A stretch of DNA of 64,000 nt from an uncultured Bacteroides sp. (GTDB taxonomy: Bacteria > Bacteroidota > Bacteroidia > Bacteroidales > GCA-2748055). The DNA lies in assembly GCA_964467775.1 (NCBI GenBank), contig CAYXUD010000117.1, positions 6,873 to 70,872 of the forward strand, in the 5' to 3' direction. Of the stretch, positions 27,636-36,220 are shown in pieces. A program made the position numbers and the translations under genes. The notes under the pieces were generated by a model. It was not told the DNA's origin, made no database searches, and was given only the letters and a program-made list of their open reading frames with translations. Every line of letters starts with the position of its first letter. Position 1 is the stretch's first letter.

Positions 27636-29225
27636 TTGAAACTCCAAAGTTATAAGATTAAAAGAATTCCGGCCCTCTCTTCAACCAAGATTTATTATAT
27701 TAGACATCCAGCATCAGGTCAGACCGTGAAACTGCCGAAATCAATCTACAATCCACTCTCCCTGGTGGGTAGCATCCTTGCAGGGGTCAGCGTGGTGATC
27801 ATCCTTTTTTTCCTTGCCGGGATGTGGCTTTTTGATATAGGGGGTTCCTATCTGGGCCTTTTCGTATTTATCGTGATGCCCGTTTTCCTGATACTGGGGC
27901 TGATCCTGATCCCGGTGGGAATGGTCCGCAGGGCACGGAGGATGAAGCAGCTGGAGGGAACGGGAAAAGCCATAGGGATCGTTCTTGACATGAATAACCG
28001 GAGGCACTGGAATGCCACGGCCATTTTTATCTTCTGTACATTCCTTTTCCTGCTGCTGACCGGGATTGGAAGTTACCAGGCGTTCCACTATACGGAATCC
28101 AACGAGTTTTGCGGGACCCTCTGCCACAAGGTCATGGAGCCGGAGTACGAAGCTTACCAGGGTTCAGCCCACGCAAGGGTGAATTGTGTTGAATGCCATG
28201 TGGGTACCGGTGCCAGCTGGTATGTAAAGAGCAAGCTGTCGGGACTTTACCAGGTATATTCGGTGCTTGCCAAAAAATACCCCACCCCTATAGAAACACC
28301 TATCCATAACCTGAGACCTGCCCGGGAAACCTGCGAAAGGTGCCACTGGCCCCAGAAATTCTATTCATATAAATTGCAGAATGAGAGACATTATTTGGCC
28401 GATTCGGCCAATACCGAGTGGAACATACAGCTGAAGATGAAGATCGGATCGGCGTACAGTGCACTGGGACTGACCGAAGGCATCCACTGGCACATCAACC
28501 CGGATGTAAGGATCGAGTACATTGCTTCTTCAAAGAAGCGGGAATTCCTGCCCTGGGTCAGGCACATCAACACCGCAACCGGTGATACAACCGTATACAA
28601 TGATATTTACGAGACCCTGGACGAGGCCGCCATGGATACGCTTGAATTGAGGGAGATGGATTGCCTTGACTGCCACAACCGGCCCTCCCACCACTTTCTG
28701 CCTCCCCAGGAATTCACCGATATGCTCATCGCCTCCGGAGAGATCCCTTCCGCGCTCCCCGAAGTGAAAAGCCTTGCCATGGAGGTGTTTAATGATACAT
28801 TCAGTGACCGCGACTCTGCTCACCGTTTTATATCGGCGCGAATCGGGGAGTTCTATGAGACAAATTTTCCGGAGGTCGCGGACCAGGAGCAGCCGCTGAT
28901 CCGGCAGGCCACGGCAGGCTTCATCACCGGTTATTCCCGGAACATATTCCCGGAGATGAAGGTGAGCTGGGACGCCTATCCCAACCAGACCGGGCACGTT
29001 GAGTTCAACGGTTGCTTCAGGTGCCATAACGGCAACCATGTGAGTGAGGATGGCCGGGTGATATCCAGGGACTGTAACCTGTGCCACACCATCCTGGGCC
29101 AGGGGACCACAGGGCATTTTGAGGCCACCACCATTGACCGGTCACTGGAATTCAGGCACCCGGTGGATATTGATGAAGCCTGGAAGGAGCTGGCATGTGC
29201 CGATTGCCACCGGCACCTCTATTAG
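27636..29225 (+). CDS. Membrane-anchored multiheme cytochrome c (NapC/NirT- or c3-like family)
   Basis: Two N-terminal TM helices. Six CxxCH motifs (CVECH, CERCH, CLDCH, CFRCH, CNLCH, CADCH) plus one CX3CH (CGTLCH). The start is uncertain: TTG at 27636 abuts the tRNA, an in-frame GTG at 27726 is an alternative, and no upstream ATG exists. Confidence 0.8.
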   Translation: MKLQSYKIKRIPALSSTKIYYIRHPASGQTVKLPKSIYNPLSLVGSILAGVSVVIILFFLAGMWLFDIGGSYLGLFVFIVMPVFLILGLILIPVGMVRRARRMKQLEGTGKAIGIVLDMNNRRHWNATAIFIFCTFLFLLLTGIGSYQAFHYTESNEFCGTLCHKVMEPEYEAYQGSAHARVNCVECHVGTGASWYVKSKLSGLYQVYSVLAKKYPTPIETPIHNLRPARETCERCHWPQKFYSYKLQNERHYLADSANTEWNIQLKMKIGSAYSALGLTEGIHWHINPDVRIEYIASSKKREFLPWVRHINTATGDTTVYNDIYETLDEAAMDTLELREMDCLDCHNRPSHHFLPPQEFTDMLIASGEIPSALPEVKSLAMEVFNDTFSDRDSAHRFISARIGEFYETNFPEVADQEQPLIRQATAGFITGYSRNIFPEMKVSWDAYPNQTGHVEFNGCFRCHNGNHVSEDGRVISRDCNLCHTILGQGTTGHFEATTIDRSLEFRHPVDIDEAWKELACADCHRHLY

Positions 29226-29254
29226 CCCCTGCACCTCTATTAGCCCCTGCACCT
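29213..29254 (+). repeat. 18-bp tandem duplication (2.3 copies) spanning the cytochrome stop codon
   Basis: GCACCTCTATTAGCCCCT occurs at 29213-29230 and 29231-29248, then GCACCT at 29249-29254. The unit contains the TAG stop at 29223-29225. Confidence 0.9.
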
Positions 29255-29279
29255 TTGCAGGCCATCCTTTCCTGATCTC

Positions 29280-29305
29280 GAGGCTGTCCCTTTTAAGACA
29301 GCCTC
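29280..29305. terminator. Hairpin between the convergent cytochrome and methyltransferase genes
   Basis: GAGGCTGTC-ccttttaa-GACAGCCTC forms a perfect 9-bp stem. The downstream T tract (TTCT) is only modest. Confidence 0.45.
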
Positions 29306-29327
29306 TTCTGCGGCCGGCCCCATCCGG

Positions 29328-30182
29328 CTATTTTCCCTCTTCGTATTCCCAGTCCCGGATAGGATCGAATTTCCTGTATCCCTCTTCCACCGAGGGGTGC
29401 CGGAGAAGAGACCCGGCGCTGACCTCCGGGATATGGCTGTCGGCAATGCCATTCCGGATGAAGATGAAATTGAATCCCAGTTCGTTGGCTCCCACCAGCC
29501 TGTAGCCCTTCCTGCCGGCGAGTTTTGTCATCGCCACCGGTGAGGCCCCGTGGTACACGGGGTGCCTGCCGGGAAAGGAGTAGCCGGGGTCGTACGGGAC
29601 AACAATGTTGTTCAGGCCGAATTCATTATGGGTTTCGATGATCACCACCCTGGGGCGGACCACCTCGAGGGCATCCCAGATCCAGTAATCGTTGCCGTCG
29701 ATATCAATGGAGAGCAGGTCGATCTCGCCCTCGAATCCTGCATCCTTCACCAGCTGGTTAATGTTCTCACGGGTTACTTTCGCACAGACGAATTTTGGCT
29801 TGTAGAACCAGGGGTGCGGATATTTGCTGAAGAACCTCCTGCCGCGCCTGATGCTTTCAGGATCCCCGTCAATGAAAAGCCCGTGCCACCCAAAATTGAA
29901 ATAGAGGTTGGCTGAATTGCTGTTCACCCCGTCATCTGACCCGATCTCGACAAAGAGCTTGCCTCCCATACCGATCACCGAGAAGATGAACAGCAGCTTT
30001 CCATCCTCCTCGAACTGCGAGAAGACCCGGAACCCTGTATCAGAAAGAGGGGGAAGCTCACCTTTACGGGCCAGGTCCCGGTAGTAATGAAAGAGCCTTC
30101 TCTGGGAGATCTGGACCGAAGGGATGAACCTGTTCCTGATCCTGGTGATCAGGAACCTCTCCTTCAGGAAATTCTTAATCAT
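29328..30182 (-). CDS. FkbM-like SAM-dependent methyltransferase
   Basis: 284 aa. ...LFVEIGSDDGVNSNSANLYFNFGWHGLFIDGDP... and ...IDLLSIDIDGNDYWIWDAL... resemble the FkbM-family methyltransferase core. Confidence 0.55.
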   Translation of the reverse strand: MIKNFLKERFLITRIRNRFIPSVQISQRRLFHYYRDLARKGELPPLSDTGFRVFSQFEEDGKLLFIFSVIGMGGKLFVEIGSDDGVNSNSANLYFNFGWHGLFIDGDPESIRRGRRFFSKYPHPWFYKPKFVCAKVTRENINQLVKDAGFEGEIDLLSIDIDGNDYWIWDALEVVRPRVVIIETHNEFGLNNIVVPYDPGYSFPGRHPVYHGASPVAMTKLAGRKGYRLVGANELGFNFIFIRNGIADSHIPEVSAGSLLRHPSVEEGYRKFDPIRDWEYEEGK

Positions 30183-30221
30183 GGGTTCACCGGCATTTTT
30201 ACAAAATAAAATTAGTATGGG

Positions 30222-31043
30222 CTACCTTGTCTTCCCGAACAGCAGGAAGCTTTCGAATCCGAAAAAGGGCTTGTATTTATTGAGGTTACAGTAAAAGGCA
30301 AGCTCAACGCCCATGAAATTCAGGAACATACAGTCAAACTTCAGCCGCCCCGACAGCCCGATGGTATTTGAAATGATGTTGTCCCTGTAATATTTGTCAA
30401 GGTCCACAAAGATGAACCAGCCTGTTCCGTAGTCGGGGTTCGGGGTTTCAACCTCCTTCCGGTAATTCACATAGGAGGGCCCCAGCTCCAGTCCCAGCCA
30501 GATATTCCCGTTTCTATCCGGCTTTCCCCCAAAAACGAACATGCCGGCCACGGTGGTGATGTTGTTGTTTTTATAGAACCCCGTATAATCCGATGGCAGG
30601 TCCTTCGCCCGGTACCACAGTTCCCTCGCGGAAATAGTGAATCCAAACTGGTTATTGATGTGGGTATATCCTCCTGAAAAATAGGTCCCTGTGCCATATC
30701 CTCCCCCTATGGATGCATACCGGAGCCTGTCATGAATTGAAAACAGGGTAATGGAATAGATCTCTGACAGGGGGATCTTGTTATTATATGTGATCATATC
30801 GTTCCGGGCGGGATCGTAGCCGGTCAGTGCGACCGATAAAGTATTATCCATGATCATTGCACCCTGGTACCGTTGGTTGGGAGGCGGTACCTCTATACTC
30901 CTGCCGTCGGTCAGCCTGTATGAGACCAGCCTCTCATCTTCCCGTATGGACACCTCCCCGTCGGATACCAGCTTCTCCACATAACATCCATTCATGAGCA
31001 AGGCCAGGCATGCCATCAGTGAAATGAGAGGGGCCATCGCCAT
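30222..31043 (-). CDS. Hypothetical outer-membrane/beta-barrel-like lipoprotein
   Basis: Likely start at M49 of the ORF (MAMAPLISLMACLALLMNGC, a lipobox). The C-terminal half has Gly/Tyr-rich alternating beta-strand patterns. The longer ORF (to 31187) would overlap the upstream gene by about 100 nt. Confidence 0.5.
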   Translation of the reverse strand: MAMAPLISLMACLALLMNGCYVEKLVSDGEVSIREDERLVSYRLTDGRSIEVPPPNQRYQGAMIMDNTLSVALTGYDPARNDMITYNNKIPLSEIYSITLFSIHDRLRYASIGGGYGTGTYFSGGYTHINNQFGFTISARELWYRAKDLPSDYTGFYKNNNITTVAGMFVFGGKPDRNGNIWLGLELGPSYVNYRKEVETPNPDYGTGWFIFVDLDKYYRDNIISNTIGLSGRLKFDCMFLNFMGVELAFYCNLNKYKPFFGFESFLLFGKTR

Positions 31044-31083
31044 CCGTCCCGGTCCCTGCCGGGGTATGAACGTTAATCCGGTC

Positions 31084-31455
31084 TTAACCATCATGGAACC
31101 AGTGAATGGCATCCTCGTAATTGGTGAAGGTGCCGACAGTAATTCCCTTGTGCCTGGCGCAGAGCTCCTGGAATTCTGCTTTGTCAAAATTCACTCCCGG
31201 CAGTACCAGGATCGCGATCTTATCCCGGAATGAATCCGGGTAATCAATAACCACCTTGGCCAGGTGGTATATATCAGCAGTTGAAAGGATCCATTGCGTA
31301 CGGCGGAAATCCATCAGGATCTCATAGTCGGCAGGGGGACGCTTGGGCTCTGCCAGGTTGTAGAGGTTGGTCATGCTCTCCTCAAAATCGACTTCGCCCT
31401 CGTCGGTTACACTTAAGTAATCGACCGACCGTATGATCTTAATTTTAATGGCCAC
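31084..31455 (-). CDS. Hypothetical small cytoplasmic protein (possibly STAS/SpoIIAA-like fold)
   Basis: 123 aa with no signal peptide. The fold guess rests only on size and alpha/beta pattern, so it is weak. Confidence 0.45.
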   Translation of the reverse strand: MAIKIKIIRSVDYLSVTDEGEVDFEESMTNLYNLAEPKRPPADYEILMDFRRTQWILSTADIYHLAKVVIDYPDSFRDKIAILVLPGVNFDKAEFQELCARHKGITVGTFTNYEDAIHWFHDG

Positions 31456-31653
31456 GTTTTTATAAAACTTCTTTTTTAGGAGATAACAAGTTAGGTATTG
31501 GTGAAAGAATAATCAAGAGTGCCGCTGAATTACTTCTCTTCTATCTCCTGACCGGGATCAAAAGGGCAGTCGCCACGCTTCGGAACGGGCGCCACCGGGG
31601 AACCGGTTTGAAATAATTCATAACTTGATGATCGATATATCATACCCTAAAAC

Positions 31654-32544
31654 ATGGTCACGATGGCACGAAAAAACTTACTATTGGTTATCGCCACTCT
31701 CCTGGTGGCACTGCTGACAGCGGAACTGTCCGGGCAGGAAACAGAGGTGCTCCGGGAGAGCAGGGTTTACAAGCGCATCGGGGGGGCTGACCTGACGGCG
31801 GATATATTTTATACCCAGTGGTCCCGGGAAGGGACTGCAAAACCGGCCATCGCCTTCTTTCACGGGGGAGGATGGGCCTACGGAAGCCCCTCGGAGTTCC
31901 ATGCCGCCTGTGAACGTTATGCCCGGATGGGGTTTATCACCTTCTCCTTCCAGTACCGGCTCTCCATCCGGGAGGATGGTTCCGTTCCCCATCCCGGTAT
32001 TACCCCGGTGGAGTGTGTCAAGGATGCCCGTTCGGCCCTGCGGTGGATCCGGGCAAATGCGGCCGGATTCAACATTGACCCGGATCAGATTATAGCGGCG
32101 GGGCAATCCGCCGGAGGACAGCTGGCCCTCTCCACGGCCCTGGTCCATTCAGTCAATGAGGAATCGGACAACCTGGAGATCAGCCCGGTCCCCAACGCGA
32201 TCCTCCTTTTCTCGAGCAATGTGAATACCATGGAGGCGTGGGCGGACCGCCTGATGGGCGACCGCCGGGAGGAGATATGGTCGATCTCCCCGCACCATCA
32301 GCTGGAGGCCGGGCTTCCACCCACCCTGGAGTTTCACGGGGACAACGACTGCATCGTCCCCCTCTGGATCGTGCAGTATTTCAAAAGCAAAGCGGATGAA
32401 CTGGGCGCCGATTTTGAACTGGTGGTGCTGGAAGGAAGGAGCCACTACCTGGACGAGGGGAACCAGCAGTATGCCACCTATTTTGATGAGGAGATCCTGA
32501 TGCGGGCGGACCGGTTCCTTCGGGAGCAGGGATTCATCAGGTGA
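31654..32544 (+). CDS. Secreted alpha/beta-hydrolase (esterase/lipase, hydrolase-fold-3 type)
   Basis: 296 aa. Signal peptide, oxyanion motif FFHGGGWAYGS, and nucleophile elbow GQSAGG. Confidence 0.8.
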   Translation: MVTMARKNLLLVIATLLVALLTAELSGQETEVLRESRVYKRIGGADLTADIFYTQWSREGTAKPAIAFFHGGGWAYGSPSEFHAACERYARMGFITFSFQYRLSIREDGSVPHPGITPVECVKDARSALRWIRANAAGFNIDPDQIIAAGQSAGGQLALSTALVHSVNEESDNLEISPVPNAILLFSSNVNTMEAWADRLMGDRREEIWSISPHHQLEAGLPPTLEFHGDNDCIVPLWIVQYFKSKADELGADFELVVLEGRSHYLDEGNQQYATYFDEEILMRADRFLREQGFIR

Positions 32545-32552
32545 AGATCTGT

Positions 32553-32620
32553 CCCCCGGTAAGCCGGGATCTTTTCAGCAAAGTACCACCCCGGGAGCCG
32601 GGATCTTTCAAGCAAAGTAC
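32553..32620 (+). repeat. Tandem ~33-bp direct repeat, each unit carrying a short terminator-like hairpin
   Basis: Unit A (32553-32586) is CCCCCGGTAAGCCGGGATCTTTTCAGCAAAGTAC. Unit B (32588-32620) is ACCCCGGGAGCCGGGATCTTTCAAGCAAAGTAC. Each has a CCCGG/CCGGG stem followed by a T-rich tract. The repeat lies between convergent genes. Confidence 0.8.
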
Positions 32621-32632
32621 GATCCGCATACC

Positions 32633-35600
32633 CTATTCATTCATATTGACACGGTAGAAGGATCTCCTGGCCGTAATGAACAGCGTATTTCCATCCTTCC
32701 CTCCGAACTGTATGGAAGTGGGCCGTTCGGGCAATTCTATTTTGCCCATGTTGTTGCCGGAGAGATCGAATATGCAGAGATCACCATCGGCCACAAAGAG
32801 GTTCCCCTCCCGGTCCACCGCCGAGCCGAACTCCCCCTGTTCGACGAAATACTCCAGGTTGGAGAGCTTCCCCTCGCTGTCCACCTCCATCCGGACCATG
32901 CGGCGGTCGTACTCATCGGATGCATAGAACGGTTTCCCGGGGAAAGCCTCCAGCACCGAGGAGGAGCGGGCCAGGTCATATACTTCGGGGATGATGGTCT
33001 TCCCGTCAGGTGCCACGAAACAATGCTGCGGCACAAATACAGAAACCTGATTAAAATCGTGGAAGTCCCGCCACCGGTTGGAAGGGTAGAGCGCCTTGGC
33101 GACGTCCTTTACCGATCCCATGGGGACCCTGGGCAGCAGTGCGATGGTCTCGTCCGGGTTTTCCGGGTCGACGGAGTATACCCAGGTGGCAAACCCGGAG
33201 TTGCCCCACATGCTGAAGGAAGTTCCCCCCGCATCGGGCAGCTGCGGCACCCGTTCCTGCCTTCCGTCTATCTTATAACCGGGCTGGGGATTGTATTTGA
33301 ACAGCACCAGCAGGTGGTCTTCCGTGTCGCATCCCAGCGAAAGCGGTTCCCAGGGGAAATCGGCCAGCAGGGTGAGCGCATTCTGACCGGCATCCCACTT
33401 GTAGATCCGGCGCATCCGCTGTTCGCAGAAATAGATATTCCCCTTGCTGTCGCGGGTGATACCCTCGATGAATTCGAAACCGGTGGCCAGTTTTTGTACC
33501 TTCCCGGGATCGAGATCCAGCGGTTGTTTTCTCATCTCATTCCCGGTGATGACCAGCCGGGTGAACTCCCATGGCCTGACTTCCAGGCCCGTGTTTACAT
33601 CGTAAATAGGGAGGTCTGTGGTGTACTTGACCTGGGCGAAGTTGTGGACATTCAGGAACTCCATGTCGCGGCAGTTCCAGGTCCGGATGGACCAGGGATA
33701 GGGCGTATTGACCCGGATCACCCGGAACATGTAGAGGTTGGCAAAGACCATATGGCTGCACTCCTGCAGCTCCACCGGCTGGCAGTCCGGCCCCTCCCTG
33801 CTCTCCTCCTCCAGTTGGAACGCGTAAACCTTCCAGTTGGAGACCCCGTTGAAGCGCGCCTCGTTACGGACATGGTGCTCGATGGACATGGCGTAGATCC
33901 GCCCGGGGGTGGAGGTATGGCTGACATAGATCCCGCTCGCGCTGTAGGTGCTGGCCGTCCAGATGTCCTTGAAGGTCCCTCCGCCGCCCCGGGTGATCCA
34001 GAGGCTCCAGTACTGGTTGTCCCATGCAAGGTCCTTTCCCTGGGATGCCACCGGTTCATCGGGGGTGCTGATCCTCCGGTCCCGCCCGCCCCGCCAGGGC
34101 TCCTCCGGTCCGCGTGCCATGGAGCCGTGTCCGCCGATGAATTTCACATCGTTCATGTAGGAATCCTCCCCGGCCATCCATTTGCAACCCACCGCGCGGT
34201 AATTATACGCTCCGGTATTGATCCCGATACCCGAAACGTAGTTTTCACCACCCTCCGGTGTTTCAAGCAGGGCCATGGGGCCCCCGAACCCGCTGAATGC
34301 GGGGGTGCTCTCCAGCAGCATCAGCTGCGTGGCCACCGGGTTGAAACCGACCAGGCAGGTATTTGGTTTCAGCTTCAGCGGCTCCGAGACCACGTACCAA
34401 CCCTGCGGGATATAGATGTTCGGGTATTTTTCGATGGCTTCCAGGAATGCTTTCGTATCGTCGGTCACCCCGTCGCCCGAAGCCCCCAGCGCTTTTATAT
34501 TCACCCAGGTCTCCATAGCTGGCAGAGGAGGAATATCGCTTTTCACTGCTTCCGGGAGATTGCCCAGCTCTTCCATATCGACCCTGGTTGCGGTGACGGG
34601 ATCATCAGCCAGGTCGTCCATGTGCAGCCCGTGGGTATAGCTGACCACCCGGTAGATCCCTTCCTTGCCAGGGGTTTGGGTACCGCTCCTGCGGTAGTAT
34701 ACCAGCACCGGCACGCGGTCGCACAAGACGTTCCTGAGGCTGAGCTGATTGGTGTGGTTGTTCTCGTTGCTCACCACCAGGGCCGGACCGCTCACGTTGC
34801 TGAACACGCAGTCCTCCATGAAGATCTTGTCGGAGTAGTTGGGCTCGATCTCGATCACGGTGGGAACATTGTCCGCATGCAGCCTGACGATGGTCAGCCC
34901 CCCCTCCTGGGAACGGATGGCCGCCTTCCGTTGCCCCTCGAACCAGGTATCGACCATCATCATGGGCCACCCGGGGGAGGTCTTGGTGGTATAGATCCCG
35001 TAGTCCCCGCCAAAAAAGCGCACATCCTCCATCTCGTTGCCCACATCGTAGAGCCCCGCTTTCCCGTTCCCTGCATGGATATCCACGTGGGAGACAAAGC
35101 TGTGCTGGGCGAAATGGGTCCGCAGTGCCACCGCAAACGGATTCCCGTCTTCAATTTCCAGGTTGATATTCGAAATGGCACTGTAAAATGTACCGGCCCC
35201 CGCATCGCGGGGCTCCCTGCCCGGCTCCACCGGTCCGCTGGTGAACCAGAACATATAATTGGCTTTCCCTTTGTCGTCCGCCACCTCCTCCTGATATCCC
35301 GGGGAATCCTTCCCGAGGAAGATCACGGGCCTGTTGGTGCCGTAACCGATGAGCCGGATCGCTTTCGGGATATAGATGGTGCGGCTGATCCTGTATCTTC
35401 CTTCCGGGATGAAAACGATCCCGAAGTTCTTCTCCTTTTTCAACTGGTCGATGGCCCTCTGCAGCTCAACCGAGACATCGGTCTTCCCGTCGGCCGTGAT
35501 GTCGAAATGCTCCGGAGTGAAATAGGCCGCATCGGCATCTTCGGGTCTTGACGTGTAGAATGACGAACCGGGAACAACGCCGGCCCGGAGCGGAAACATG

Positions 35601-35653
35601 TTACAAACGGTCATCAGGAAAGGTATTAGGACCGAAAGGAAAGTACTTCTCAT
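32633..35653 (-). CDS. Secreted tandem right-handed beta-helix (Pectate_lyase_3 / GH55-like) protein fused to a C-terminal six-bladed-propeller-like (SMP-30/gluconolactonase/NHL-like) region
   Basis: 1006 aa with a signal peptide. First beta-helix start: ADGKTDVSVELQRAIDQL...IFIPEGRYRISRTIYI. Second: NIKALGASGDGVTDDTKAFLEAIEKYPNIYIPQGWYVVSEPLKL. C-terminal ~330 aa carries propeller-type motifs (SKGNIYFCEQRMRRIYKW, REGNLFVADGDLCIFD, NTLFITA). It is a paralogue of 38199..41231. Confidence 0.65.
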   Translation of the reverse strand: MRSTFLSVLIPFLMTVCNMFPLRAGVVPGSSFYTSRPEDADAAYFTPEHFDITADGKTDVSVELQRAIDQLKKEKNFGIVFIPEGRYRISRTIYIPKAIRLIGYGTNRPVIFLGKDSPGYQEEVADDKGKANYMFWFTSGPVEPGREPRDAGAGTFYSAISNINLEIEDGNPFAVALRTHFAQHSFVSHVDIHAGNGKAGLYDVGNEMEDVRFFGGDYGIYTTKTSPGWPMMMVDTWFEGQRKAAIRSQEGGLTIVRLHADNVPTVIEIEPNYSDKIFMEDCVFSNVSGPALVVSNENNHTNQLSLRNVLCDRVPVLVYYRRSGTQTPGKEGIYRVVSYTHGLHMDDLADDPVTATRVDMEELGNLPEAVKSDIPPLPAMETWVNIKALGASGDGVTDDTKAFLEAIEKYPNIYIPQGWYVVSEPLKLKPNTCLVGFNPVATQLMLLESTPAFSGFGGPMALLETPEGGENYVSGIGINTGAYNYRAVGCKWMAGEDSYMNDVKFIGGHGSMARGPEEPWRGGRDRRISTPDEPVASQGKDLAWDNQYWSLWITRGGGGTFKDIWTASTYSASGIYVSHTSTPGRIYAMSIEHHVRNEARFNGVSNWKVYAFQLEEESREGPDCQPVELQECSHMVFANLYMFRVIRVNTPYPWSIRTWNCRDMEFLNVHNFAQVKYTTDLPIYDVNTGLEVRPWEFTRLVITGNEMRKQPLDLDPGKVQKLATGFEFIEGITRDSKGNIYFCEQRMRRIYKWDAGQNALTLLADFPWEPLSLGCDTEDHLLVLFKYNPQPGYKIDGRQERVPQLPDAGGTSFSMWGNSGFATWVYSVDPENPDETIALLPRVPMGSVKDVAKALYPSNRWRDFHDFNQVSVFVPQHCFVAPDGKTIIPEVYDLARSSSVLEAFPGKPFYASDEYDRRMVRMEVDSEGKLSNLEYFVEQGEFGSAVDREGNLFVADGDLCIFDLSGNNMGKIELPERPTSIQFGGKDGNTLFITARRSFYRVNMNE

Positions 35654-35671
35654 TATTTTGTATATGAACGG

Positions 35672-36118
35672 TTACTCCTCCGCCCTGGTGAAGTAGTATT
35701 GATCGACGAAAATGATGGTGTCTCCCCTGATCTCATATTTGACTTTGAAGAAGCCGCCCAGGTTCGATGTATCGCTGACTGCATATGGGGTAATCACCAG
35801 CAGGTTATTCTCCTTATCGGTGGTGTAGGTGCCCATGCCGCTGAAGTAGTGGTCGTGGTGCTTTGCCAGCTCTTTGCTGCTTTCGGGGACCTGGTCCATG
35901 GGGTAAGGCTTCAGGTGCCAGTTGATGAACATGACCTTTCCATCTGCATAATAGTGCTCTGAACCAACCAGGGCGTAGACCTCCTTTCCGTCCACAACGG
36001 ATTTCAGGTAGTCCCACCTTCCGACGATTTCAGGATCGATTTCCGGTTGGGAAAGACCCTGGCCAAAGGTCAGACCGGCAGCCAGGAGAAGGATCGGGCA
36101 CAATATGAGTTTTTTCAT
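35672..36118 (-). CDS. Hypothetical small secreted (lipocalin-like) protein
   Basis: 148 aa. Signal peptide MKKLILCPILLLAAGLTFGQ. Beta-rich, with no recognisable motif. Confidence 0.5.
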   Translation of the reverse strand: MKKLILCPILLLAAGLTFGQGLSQPEIDPEIVGRWDYLKSVVDGKEVYALVGSEHYYADGKVMFINWHLKPYPMDQVPESSKELAKHHDHYFSGMGTYTTDKENNLLVITPYAVSDTSNLGGFFKVKYEIRGDTIIFVDQYYFTRAEE

Positions 36119-36220
36119 TTCGGGGATTTTTGGGATTAGGTTCTATGAAGTTACCCCATTTATCAATCCATGTCAAGCAATGAATTTAAAATTAGAAGCT
36201 TGTGATCAATCCTGGATGGG

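Noticed and set aside
30222-31187. The full 321-aa ORF version, which overlaps the upstream 123-aa gene by about 100 nt.
   Set aside because: The first 48 codons have no signal-peptide or domain character and overlap a better-supported gene. The internal Met at 31043 is followed by a textbook lipobox, so the shorter model is preferred.
33023-35551. An 842-aa ORF on the plus strand, antisense to the 1006-aa beta-helix gene.
   Set aside because: Its codons are exactly aligned with the sense codons (33023 and 35651 are both 2 mod 3). It stays open simply because the sense gene avoids the TTA, CTA and TCA codons, a GC-rich codon bias. The translated product is Gly/Pro/Arg/Val/Asp-rich and low in information, with no start context. 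It is a shadow ORF and not a gene. The long codon-aligned gap in stops does document the strong codon bias of this cluster.
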